A DNA stretch of 59,126 nucleotides, taken from positions 1 through 59,126 of the forward strand of contig JAJDNE010000072.1 in the NCBI GenBank assembly GCA_022340825.1, in the 5' to 3' direction. The stretch comes from Acidiferrobacterales bacterium. GTDB taxonomy: Bacteria > Pseudomonadota > Gammaproteobacteria > Acidiferrobacterales > JAJDNE01. The notes below the pieces were generated by a model. It searched no databases and was not told the DNA's origin. It saw only the letters and a program-made list of their open reading frames with translations. Made by a program: the position numbers and the translations under genes. Below are positions 11,942-20,031 of this stretch, in pieces (position 1 is the first letter of the stretch; the number at the start of each line of letters is the position of its first letter).

Positions 11942-12412
11942 ATGAATAACGTATCAGATGTTTCCCGCGACCAGCGCTGGATGCGCCACGCGCTGTCTTT
12001 GGCGGAACGCGCAAGGAAAGAGGGCGAGGTACCGGTTGGCGCTGTACTTGTGAATGAAGACGAAATGGTGGCTGAGGGCTGGAACCAGCCGATTTCGCAT
12101 CATGATCCGACTGCTCATGCCGAGATTGTTGCATTACGGGCCGCTACATTGCGTCTCGGCAATTATCGTTTGCCACCCGGTATCAGCTTATATGTGACCC
12201 TTGAGCCTTGCCCCATGTGTGCCGGCGCCCTGGTGCATGCACGGTTATCCCGGGTTGTGTTCGGTGCTCCTGATCCCCGTACCGGTGCCGGTGGCTCTGT
12301 GTTCAATCTGCTCGATTGCGACAAACTCAATCACCGGGCGGAAGTTGTCAGCGGTGTGCTGGAAGCGGAATGCGCTGAAGTGCTTAAAGGGTTCTTCAAG
12401 GCCAGGCGCTAA
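11942..12412 (+). CDS. tadA: tRNA adenosine(34) deaminase
   Basis: GEVPVGA, HDPTAHAE, TLEPCPMC zinc motif, FFKARR terminus. Confidence 0.95.
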   Translation: MNNVSDVSRDQRWMRHALSLAERARKEGEVPVGAVLVNEDEMVAEGWNQPISHHDPTAHAEIVALRAATLRLGNYRLPPGISLYVTLEPCPMCAGALVHARLSRVVFGAPDPRTGAGGSVFNLLDCDKLNHRAEVVSGVLEAECAEVLKGFFKARR

Positions 12413-12413
12413 G

Positions 12414-13796
12414 CTAGATCGCCGGCGCTGTCAGACCGATTGCCTCGTTTCTTATTTTTTCCTGCACCTTTTGATCCAGTTTTACCAACACGTCATAGTA
12501 GCGGCGTATACGACTGACATAGTTGACCGGTTCATTTCCGCGCGCGTAACCATATTTCAGGTTTTTGTATACCGCCGGGCTGGCCAGTAGTGGCAGATTT
12601 GCTTTCACATCATTCCACTTGTCGGGATCGCCGTTGCGCCGACGTGTGATCTCTCGTGCGTCCATCAGATGAAAATAGCCGACGTTGTAAGCCGCAAGTG
12701 CCATCCAGGTGCGATCTGGCTCTGTTGTTGATTCGGGAATACGATCAATCATCTGCCGTATATAAAGCGCACCACCATCGACGCTCTGCTTCGGATCCAG
12801 ACGGTCGGTAACTCCCAGGTGTTCTGCCGTCGCCTCGGTCAGCATCATTAGCCCGCGCACGCCGGTGGGCGAAGTAGCGCGAGGATTCCAGTAAGACTCC
12901 TGGTAGGCGATGGCGGCAAGCAGGCGCCAGTCAATACCATATTTCTGGCCGGCTTCTTCAAACAGGTGACGATGGCTGGGAAGAACATTCTGTATGCGCA
13001 ACTGATACAACGTCATATTAAAGTAATCGCTGTCGGTCGCACCGTAGTAACGCTCCAGTAGCACCTTGATCTCCCCGGTATGTTTCAGATGCTTCTGGAA
13101 ATTCACTGCCTCGTTGAACAGGCTGTCATCCTGGTCTTTCCGGAATGCCCAGGCCAGTGGTTCCTTCCGTTGAATGTCAAAAGCGACTCGAAGATCAGGA
13201 AACAACGGCCGGTTAGTCGCGACAATATTGGAATCAGCAATGGTGAATGTCAGTGTTCCTTCGGCAACACGCTGAATCAACTCTTCGGTGTCCAGCTCCC
13301 GACTTTCATTCCATTCCAGGTTCTTATATCGCTTTTTTAGCTCCGTCAGGCGTTGTGCATAGGTAGTGCCAGCCGTAACCATGATGTCCTCTCCGACAAT
13401 ATCTGCGACAGATTTCGGCTTTGTCGTTCCCTGTCGGTAGACCAGTTGCTGGTTGATCCGCTGGTAGGGCGGGGCGAACTGTATGACTTCACTTCGATCG
13501 CGGGTGACGGTCAGTCCTGCCGCCGCCATATCGGCCTTACCCTCCTGCAGCATCAGCAGAATATCCTCGAAGTGTTCCGGCACGACCATTTTTAGTTTGA
13601 CCCCAAGGTGTTCAGCGAAGGCGCGGGCCATGTCGTATTCAATGCCGGCGTAACCATCGGCACCCTCATAATAAGTCGTCGGGCTTTTTCGGGTCAGCAC
13701 CACCAGTTCCCCGGCACGCTTGACTGCTTCGAGCTTGGTCAGCCCCGTTTCACTGCATGAAGAAGTAGCCAGACCTGTTACAAAAAACAGTGTCAC
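12414..13796 (-). CDS. mltF: Membrane-bound lytic murein transglycosylase F (start uncertain: GTG 13796, or ATG 13955 across the tRNA)
   Basis: SBP-type N-domain plus SLT domain (AIAYQESYWNP, SPTGVRGLMMLT, ALAAYNVG, GYARGNEPV). Adjacent to tadA. Confidence 0.9.
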   Translation of the reverse strand: MTLFFVTGLATSSCSETGLTKLEAVKRAGELVVLTRKSPTTYYEGADGYAGIEYDMARAFAEHLGVKLKMVVPEHFEDILLMLQEGKADMAAAGLTVTRDRSEVIQFAPPYQRINQQLVYRQGTTKPKSVADIVGEDIMVTAGTTYAQRLTELKKRYKNLEWNESRELDTEELIQRVAEGTLTFTIADSNIVATNRPLFPDLRVAFDIQRKEPLAWAFRKDQDDSLFNEAVNFQKHLKHTGEIKVLLERYYGATDSDYFNMTLYQLRIQNVLPSHRHLFEEAGQKYGIDWRLLAAIAYQESYWNPRATSPTGVRGLMMLTEATAEHLGVTDRLDPKQSVDGGALYIRQMIDRIPESTTEPDRTWMALAAYNVGYFHLMDAREITRRRNGDPDKWNDVKANLPLLASPAVYKNLKYGYARGNEPVNYVSRIRRYYDVLVKLDQKVQEKIRNEAIGLTAPAI

Positions 13797-13824
13797 CAGG
13801 ATTATTCGATGGCTGCGGGTTGAC

Positions 13825-13862
13825 TTGTCGTCGCCACTCGCAGGACGTAAGCTATGCGCCCC
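13825..13862 (+). promoter_or_regulatory. Stable-RNA-type promoter for tRNA-Ser(CGA)
   Basis: TTGTCG (13825-13830), 17 nt spacer, TAAGCT (13848-13853), GC-rich discriminator GCGCCCC. Confidence 0.6.
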
Positions 13863-13864
13863 TT

Positions 13865-13954
13865 GGAGAGGTGCCGGAGCGGTTGAACGGGACGGATTCG
13901 AAATCCGTTGACCCTTTCGGGGGTCCCAGGGTTCGAATCCCTGCCTCTCCGCCA
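13865..13954 (+). tRNA. tRNA-Ser(CGA)
   Basis: Acceptor stem GGAGAGG/CCTCTCC, discriminator G plus CCA, anticodon arm ACGGA-TTCGAAA-TCCGT, long variable arm, GGTTCGAATCC T-arm. Confidence 0.96.
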
Positions 13955-14128
13955 TCTTCACACCGCGTGTTCGTTTCACGACAGCTTGCACTGTGCGAAA
14001 GACTTTTTGCCGGATCAGTTTGCTGGCTGACATTATCATTAGAATTTGAATTCTCTGGGTACCTGTACCCTACCTCATATAGAATAGGAAAAAACCGGCC
14101 GTCCGGCCATGACAAACATGGACCACTA

Positions 14129-15184
14129 ATGACAATGAGTCACGCGGACCGATTACGCAATCTGATACCGGTAAATTCGCTGGCAGAGGACAATTTTAAC
14201 GAACTCGCTGCATCTGCTTTGGTGCAAGGCGTCCCAGCTGGCACTGTATTATTTAAAGAAGGGGACACCGACCATCAATCTGTATATCTGCTGGAGGGTG
14301 AGGTTCGACTGGCATCCACACACACTGAAATAGTCCGGACCTTGCAGGGTGACAGTGACGATGCACGTTATGCGCTGGCCCAGCTTAAGCCACGGCAAGT
14401 AACTGGCACTGCCACAAAAGACAGTGTGGTCGCACGCGTTGACAGCGATTTGCTGGATCGTCTGCTTACCTGGGACCAGGTCAGCGGCATTGAAGTGGTG
14501 GAAATGGATGGAGACGAAGATACCGACTGGATGCTGACAGTGCTGCGCAGCCCCACGTTCGAAAAACTGCCTGCAGTGAATGCGAACGAGATGTTCTCCC
14601 GCATGGAAACGGTTTCGGTGAAAGCGCATGACGTCGTCGTTCGTCAGGGCGATACCGGCGACTATTATTACCTGATTCGAGAGGGCAAGTGTGCCGTGTC
14701 CCAGAAAGACGCCGCGGGCAAGGTCGGGATTGTGAACCAGCTGGGTCCGGGCGATCAGTTTGGCGAAGAGGCGCTTCTGTCCGATGCACCGCGCAATGCC
14801 ACCATTATGATGACCACGGACGGCGTGTTGATGCGCCTGGCCAAAAAGGATTTTCTTCAGTTATTGAAGGTGCCACTGATCGACTGGATTGAGCAGAAAC
14901 AGGCCGAGGCGATGCTGGCACGGGGAGCCGGGCTACTGGATGTTCGCACCAGCGAGGAATTTGCTCGCGGGGCAATTCGCAGTGCGCGGAATGTGCCGCT
15001 GTATCAGATTCGCAAGGTGGTCCCGGAGCTGGAGCCTGACAAAAAATATGTTGTTTATTGTCAGACCGGCAGCCGCAGTGCAATTGCGACGTTTATGCTG
15101 AACCAGCGTGGCTTTGATACCTACGCCCTGAAAGGGGGGCTCTCAGGGCTGCAAACGGCCTCGGAAGTGGGCGGCAATTCCTGA
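14129..15184 (+). CDS. Protein with two cyclic-nucleotide-binding domains and a C-terminal rhodanese domain
   Basis: CNB-A (LFKEGD...VYLLEGEV), CNB-B (VVRQGDTGDYYYLIREG...FGEEALLSDAPRNAT), rhodanese (LLDVR..EF..G.I..A.NVP, YCQTGSRS, LKGG). Start 14129 or 14135. Confidence 0.88.
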   Translation: MTMSHADRLRNLIPVNSLAEDNFNELAASALVQGVPAGTVLFKEGDTDHQSVYLLEGEVRLASTHTEIVRTLQGDSDDARYALAQLKPRQVTGTATKDSVVARVDSDLLDRLLTWDQVSGIEVVEMDGDEDTDWMLTVLRSPTFEKLPAVNANEMFSRMETVSVKAHDVVVRQGDTGDYYYLIREGKCAVSQKDAAGKVGIVNQLGPGDQFGEEALLSDAPRNATIMMTTDGVLMRLAKKDFLQLLKVPLIDWIEQKQAEAMLARGAGLLDVRTSEEFARGAIRSARNVPLYQIRKVVPELEPDKKYVVYCQTGSRSAIATFMLNQRGFDTYALKGGLSGLQTASEVGGNS

Positions 15185-15190
15185 CTGCCA

Positions 15191-15227
15191 TTGCCAGCAG
15201 CGGGGTAGTGGTTTACCCTTCGCGCCC
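15191..15227 (+). promoter_or_regulatory. Stable-RNA-type promoter for tRNA-Ser(GGA)
   Basis: TTGCCA (15191-15196), 17 nt spacer, TACCCT (15214-15219), GC discriminator CGCGCCC. Confidence 0.55.
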
Positions 15228-15268
15228 TCCAAAACCGGTCAATTTTCGGTGTTGGATTCAATCAAACA

Positions 15269-15356
15269 GGAGAGGTGGCCGAGCGGTCGAAGGCGCACGC
15301 CTGGAAAGTGTGTATACGGCAACGTATCGAGGGTTCGAATCCCTCCCTCTCCGCCA
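15269..15356 (+). tRNA. tRNA-Ser(GGA)
   Basis: GGAGAGG/CCTCTCC-G-CCA, anticodon arm CACGC-CTGGAAA-GTGTG, variable arm ATACG-GCAA-CGTAT, T-arm GGTTCGAATCC. Confidence 0.96.
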
Positions 15357-15362
15357 GGCAAT

Positions 15363-15390
15363 AAAACGGGGCTTTCAAGCCCCGTTTTTT
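15363..15390 (+). terminator. Intrinsic (probably bidirectional) terminator after tRNA-Ser(GGA)
   Basis: AAAACGGGGC-TTTCAA-GCCCCGTTTTTT. Confidence 0.88.
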
Positions 15391-15463
15391 ATTGCCTATT
15401 CTGGGTCGAGGTCGGATTACTACCGGTACAGACGGCCATGCTAGACTCTCGCTTTCGATTTAT

Positions 15464-15577
15464 GGCGGTGAAGGCCGGTCCCCTAGGTGACGACAGGTTG
15501 TGAACCCGGTCAGGTCCGGAAGGAAGCAGCCGCAGCAACCAGTTCGGGTGCTTAGGTCAGGCTGACTGGATCCGCCA
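15464..15577 (+). ncRNA. ffs: Signal recognition particle 4.5S RNA
   Basis: Conserved helix 8 CGGTCAGGTCCGGAAGGAAGCAGCCG, terminal GGCGG/CCGCC pairing, upstream extended -10 TG-C-TAGACT, located before dnaX. Confidence 0.93.
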
Positions 15578-15642
15578 CCCTTACATATGACAAATGATGC
15601 AGTGCCACCCGCGCAAACAAGTCCATCAATGAGCAGGCATAA

Positions 15643-17259
15643 ATGAGTTATCAGGTTCTGGCCCGCAAATGGCGGCCCCACACCTTTGAAGAACTGGTGG
15701 GGCAGCAACACGTGGTCAAGGCGCTGGTTAATGCGCTCGACAACGATCGCCTGCATCATGCCTTTCTTTTTACTGGCACTCGCGGCGTGGGCAAAACCAC
15801 CATTGCCCGTATTCTTGCCAAGTCACTCAATTGCGAAGAGGGTGTCAGTTCGAAACCCTGCGGTAAGTGCCGCTCCTGCATCGAAGTGGATGAAGGACGC
15901 TTTGTTGATTTAATCGAGGTCGATGCCGCGTCTCGCACCAAGGTGGACGAAACCCGCGAACTGCTGGACAACGTGCAATATGCGCCCACGCGAGGCCGCT
16001 ACAAGGTTTACCTGATCGATGAGGTGCACATGTTGTCGGCGCACAGTTTTAACGCGCTGCTCAAAACCCTGGAAGAGCCACCGCCTCATGTAAAGTTCCT
16101 GCTGGCGACCACGGACCCGCAGAAATTGCCGGTGACCGTGCTCTCCCGTTGCCTGCAGTTCAATCTCATGCACCTGCAGCCGGAGTTGATCGAAGCCCAG
16201 TTGAAGAAGATCCTGGAGGCAGAGGGCATCGCGTACGATGAGCCGGCGCTGGCGCTGCTCGCCCGTTCCGCGGAAGGCAGTATGCGAGACGGGTTGAGTC
16301 TAATGGATCAGGCCATTGCCTACGGTGGTGGCGAAGTGCGGGAAGACGCCATCCGTGAAATGTTGGGCACCATCGATCGCGATACTGTCTGGCGCATGCT
16401 CGCAGCGCTGGCGGCAAATGACGCCCAGTCGCTGATGAGAGTGGTTGGTGACGTAGCCGAGCGCGGTATGGATTACCGTTCGGTGCTGGAAGAATTGTTA
16501 ATCGCACTGCATCGCGTTGCGATGGCGCAAGTTGATGTTGCATTGGTGGTTTCGTTGGCTGCAGACGAGAAGTCACACATTGAGTCGGCCGCAGCAAAGA
16601 TTTCACCTGAAGATGCGCAACTTTTCTATCAAATTGGTATCACCGGGAGACGGGATCTGCCATTGGCGCCCAATCCGCGCAGTGGTCTGGAAATGGTGCT
16701 GCTGCGCATGCTCGCATTCCGCCCGGCCTCGACCGACGCAGTCGGCACGCCGCCCGCTGCGGCTCCCGTGAAAAAGAACACCGAATCATCAAAGCCACCG
16801 GCCAGTAAAAAAACGGCAGCCACGAAGTCGGTAGCGGCACCGATCGCTCCGACTACCACGACGCCTGCCAGTGAGTGGTCAGAGGTCGTCAAGCAGTTAC
16901 CGCTTTCGGGAATAAACCAGCAACTGGCCAACAACACCGTGCAGGAGTCGTTTGACGGCGCGCAGATGGTGCTGATGCTCGATGAGACTTTTGCCAATTT
17001 GCACAATCGAGAGCGTGAAGCTGCGCTCAAGGCGGCGCTCAATGAATACTATGGAAAAACAATCAGGCTGGAATTGCGCGTTGGCAAGCCAGTAGCAGAA
17101 ACACCAGCCGCGGAACATCGGCGCCAGCTTGACGAAAAACAGCAAGCCGCTGTTGCCGCAATTGAGAACGATCCAAATATCGCGACGATTCAGGAACAGT
17201 TCAACGCCCGGGTGAAACCGGATTCGATTCGTCCCAATGTCGAGACGGGGAGTGACTAG
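15643..17259 (+). CDS. dnaX: DNA polymerase III subunit tau/gamma
   Basis: MSYQVLARKWRP, GTRGVGKTT, zinc Cys cluster, DEVHML, SRC, Pro/Ala/Lys linker and tau C-domain. Confidence 0.97.
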   Translation: MSYQVLARKWRPHTFEELVGQQHVVKALVNALDNDRLHHAFLFTGTRGVGKTTIARILAKSLNCEEGVSSKPCGKCRSCIEVDEGRFVDLIEVDAASRTKVDETRELLDNVQYAPTRGRYKVYLIDEVHMLSAHSFNALLKTLEEPPPHVKFLLATTDPQKLPVTVLSRCLQFNLMHLQPELIEAQLKKILEAEGIAYDEPALALLARSAEGSMRDGLSLMDQAIAYGGGEVREDAIREMLGTIDRDTVWRMLAALAANDAQSLMRVVGDVAERGMDYRSVLEELLIALHRVAMAQVDVALVVSLAADEKSHIESAAAKISPEDAQLFYQIGITGRRDLPLAPNPRSGLEMVLLRMLAFRPASTDAVGTPPAAAPVKKNTESSKPPASKKTAATKSVAAPIAPTTTTPASEWSEVVKQLPLSGINQQLANNTVQESFDGAQMVLMLDETFANLHNREREAALKAALNEYYGKTIRLELRVGKPVAETPAAEHRRQLDEKQQAAVAAIENDPNIATIQEQFNARVKPDSIRPNVETGSD

Positions 17260-17580
17260 ATGAAAGGTGGATTAGGTAACCTCATGAAGCAGGCGCAAGC
17301 CATGCAGGAAAATATGAAAAAGGCCCAGGAGGAGCTGGCCAGTATCGAGGTAACCGGCAATGCAGGGGGTGGAATGGTGACCGTACAGATGACCTGTCGT
17401 CACGACGTGCGCAAAGTCACCATTGATCCGGAGCTGATGAGCGATGACAAGGAAGTGCTGGAAGATCTTCTGGCTGCCGCGGTGAATGACGCGGTGCGAA
17501 AGGTCGAGGAAGAAACCAAGAACAAGATGTCAGGTCTGACCGGCGGCCTGAATATTCCCGGCCTGAACCTGCCGTTCTGA
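17260..17580 (+). CDS. ybaB: YbaB/EbfC nucleoid-associated protein
   Basis: [31 protein letters not shown]. Located between dnaX and recR. Confidence 0.95.
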   Translation: MKGGLGNLMKQAQAMQENMKKAQEELASIEVTGNAGGGMVTVQMTCRHDVRKVTIDPELMSDDKEVLEDLLAAAVNDAVRKVEEETKNKMSGLTGGLNIPGLNLPF

Positions 17581-17591
17581 ACAGTATCGCA

Positions 17592-18188
17592 ATGTCAGAT
17601 AGCCCGGCGATCGAAGAGCTAAAGCAGGCACTGCAACGGCTGCCTGGCGTTGGCCCCAAGAGTGCCCAGCGCATGGCGCTGCATTTGCTTGAGCGTGATC
17701 GCAAAGGCGCGGAACGAATTGCTTCTGCGCTTACCGTGGCCCTGGAACGCGTTACCCACTGTCAGCGATGCAATAATCTGACGGAAGAAACGCTTTGCAA
17801 TATTTGCCAGTCCCCCCGACGTGATCGGGCAATGTTGTGTGTTGTCGAATCTCCGGCTGACCTGATATCGCTGGAGCAATCAGGGGCCTATAACGGCACT
17901 TATTTTGTGTTGATGGGTCATCTCTCTCCACTGGATGGCATCGGCCCGGAGGAACTCGGAATCTCCAGGCTGGAGGCATTGCTCGATGAAGGTGAGGTAA
18001 AGGAAGTGGTGTTGGCAACCAACCTCACCGTGGAAGGTGAAGCCACGGCTCATTTTGTCGGTGAGCTTGCGCGCCAGCGAGGCATACGTTCCACTCGCAT
18101 TGCCTACGGGGTACCGGTAGGAGGGGAACTCGAGTATGTCGACGGCGGTACGCTTGCCCGTGCATTTACCGGCCGACGGGATGTATAA
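17592..18188 (+). CDS. recR: Recombination mediator RecR
   Basis: [11 protein letters not shown] HhH, C4 zinc finger, Toprim with EGEATA and [10 protein letters not shown]. Confidence 0.97.
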   Translation: MSDSPAIEELKQALQRLPGVGPKSAQRMALHLLERDRKGAERIASALTVALERVTHCQRCNNLTEETLCNICQSPRRDRAMLCVVESPADLISLEQSGAYNGTYFVLMGHLSPLDGIGPEELGISRLEALLDEGEVKEVVLATNLTVEGEATAHFVGELARQRGIRSTRIAYGVPVGGELEYVDGGTLARAFTGRRDV

Positions 18189-18297
18189 ACCGGTGGCAGT
18201 TCACCTGTCGCGTGCTATCCGCTAACATTCGTTTAATCATTCTTTTACAGTTCGTAGACCGACAACAATAAATAGTAGTAGTTAAGGAGAATTCCCG

Positions 18298-19497
18298 GTG
18301 GAATCAAATTCAGGAGCAGACGTCCTATTCTTGCTTATCGGCGCAGTTATGGTGCTTGCCATGCATGCCGGCTTTGCGTTTCTTGAAGTCGGGACGGTGA
18401 GGAAAAAGAATCAGGTCAATGCCTTGATGAAGATTCTGGCCGATTTTTCAGTTTCTACGGTTGTCTATTTCTTTGTCGGTTATATCGTTGCTTATGGCAC
18501 CAGTCTCGCAACAGATCATGAATTGTTGACCAAGGCTAACGGCTACGAACTCGTAAGATTTTTCTTTCTGATGACGTTTGCCGCAGCAGTGCCTGCGATT
18601 ATTTCCGGCGGTATTGCCGAGCGAGCGCGTTTCTTTCCGCAACTGGTCGCTACCGCGGTGCTGGTTGGCCTGGTCTACCCGTTCTATGAAGGTATCGTAT
18701 GGAATGGCAACTTCGGTATACAACAGCTGATCGGCTCAAGCTTCGGTGAAGAGTTTCATGATTTTGCCGGTTCCATCGTCGTTCATTCTGTCGGCGGCTG
18801 GATCGCGTTGGCGGCAGTGATGCAGCTGGGTCCTCGTCTGGGTCGTTACGGCCGTGACGGACGCGTTCATGCGATTCCGCCGTCGAGCATCCCGTTCCTG
18901 GCACTGGGTTCCTGGACGCTGGCAATTGGTTGGTTCGGGTTCAACGTAATGAGCGCGCAAAAGCTGGCTGACGTTAGTGGCCTGGTGGCAGTAAATTCAC
19001 TGATGGCCATGGTCGGTGGTGTGCTGAGTGCACTTTTTGTTGGCCGCAATGATCCCGGTTTTATGCATAACGGTGCCCTGGCGGGTCTGGTGGCTGTCTG
19101 CGCTGGCTCTGACATAATGCACCCGGGCGGTAGTTTGATTGTGGGTGCGGTTGCAGGTGGACTGTTTGTCTTTACTTTCAATCTTTGCCAGCACCGATGG
19201 AAAATTGATGATGTCCTTGGAGTCTGGCCGTTACACGGTCTTTGTGGCGCCTGGGGTGGTATCGCGGCAGGTATTTTCGGATCGACGGCGCTTGGTGGTC
19301 AGGGTGGCGTCTCGTTCTGGGCGCAAATGATTGGCACCGTTGGCGGTATCGCGGTGGCATTGATCAGTGGCTATATCGTCTATGGAACCATAAAGAAGAT
19401 CGTTGGTATTCGGCTGACCCAGGAGCAGGAGTTTATGGGCGCGGACCTGGCGATACACAAAATCGGCACTAGTCCGGAAGAGGACATGGGGCACTAG
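18298..19497 (+). CDS. Ammonium transporter (Amt family)
   Basis: MHAGFAFLEVG, SGGIAER, HDFAGSIVVH, GWFGFN, NGALAGLVA and DD...VWPLHG (twin His). GTG start after AAGGAG. Confidence 0.95.
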   Translation: MESNSGADVLFLLIGAVMVLAMHAGFAFLEVGTVRKKNQVNALMKILADFSVSTVVYFFVGYIVAYGTSLATDHELLTKANGYELVRFFFLMTFAAAVPAIISGGIAERARFFPQLVATAVLVGLVYPFYEGIVWNGNFGIQQLIGSSFGEEFHDFAGSIVVHSVGGWIALAAVMQLGPRLGRYGRDGRVHAIPPSSIPFLALGSWTLAIGWFGFNVMSAQKLADVSGLVAVNSLMAMVGGVLSALFVGRNDPGFMHNGALAGLVAVCAGSDIMHPGGSLIVGAVAGGLFVFTFNLCQHRWKIDDVLGVWPLHGLCGAWGGIAAGIFGSTALGGQGGVSFWAQMIGTVGGIAVALISGYIVYGTIKKIVGIRLTQEQEFMGADLAIHKIGTSPEEDMGH

Positions 19498-19590
19498 CCA
19501 GCACCTTGGCAGGATTAAAAGATAGGGAGAGGATGCTGGAGTATCCGGCAGGCAACGAGTTGAGACTAACTGACAAGTGAGGAAGACCAG

Positions 19591-19875
19591 ATGGCAGACG
19601 GTTATCATGAAGATCTGAAAGTGTTGAGTAAGGAAACGCAGGACATGCACCGGGCGCTTCGCTCGTTAATGGAAGAACTGGAAGCAGTAGACTGGTACAA
19701 CCAGCGTGTGGATGCCTGTCATGATGATGAACTGCGTGCCATTCTTGCGCACAATCGGGACGAAGAAAAAGAACACGCTGCAATGGTTCTCGAATGGATT
19801 CGTCGCAAGGACAAAACTTTCGAGCATGAATTGCGGGACTTTCTGTTTACCGACAAACCCATCGCCCACAAGTAA
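19591..19875 (+). CDS. Encapsulin-associated-type ferritin-like protein (EncFtn/Flp family)
   Basis: YHE...L..ET.DMHRA..SLMEELEAVDWYNQR and HNRDEEKEHAAMVLEWIRR half-ferritin ferroxidase motifs. SD GAGGA. Confidence 0.92.
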   Translation: MADGYHEDLKVLSKETQDMHRALRSLMEELEAVDWYNQRVDACHDDELRAILAHNRDEEKEHAAMVLEWIRRKDKTFEHELRDFLFTDKPIAHK

Positions 19876-20031
19876 TTCTCTTTCGCGGGCAGGCCGACAC
19901 CTTTCGTCGGTCTGCACCTGCCACCTGCCGTTTGCGGAACGATAAGCGCTCGCGCTGGTCCTATCTTCCATAGTAATAATGTTGCCTGAATTCAGGCTTC
20001 AAAAAATCAATAACATCACATGGAGGAGAAA

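Noticed and set aside
13790-14128. N-terminal 113-codon extension of the cNMP-rhodanese ORF
   Set aside because: It runs through the tRNA gene on the sense strand and an AT-rich spacer. Domain-like sequence begins only at about 14129.
13865-15356. Prophage or integrative element at tRNA-Ser
   Set aside because: There is no integrase or mobility gene. Both flanks are complete tRNAs with different anticodons rather than attL/attR fragments.
15208-15759. Short ORFs around tRNA-Ser(GGA) and ffs
   Set aside because: They overlap structural RNA genes and a terminator, so they are spurious.
19876-19990. Stop-codon read-through supplying an encapsulin targeting peptide to the ferritin
   Set aside because: The stop is TAA and the downstream in-frame sequence (FSFAGRPTPFVGLHLPP...) has no GSL-type motif.
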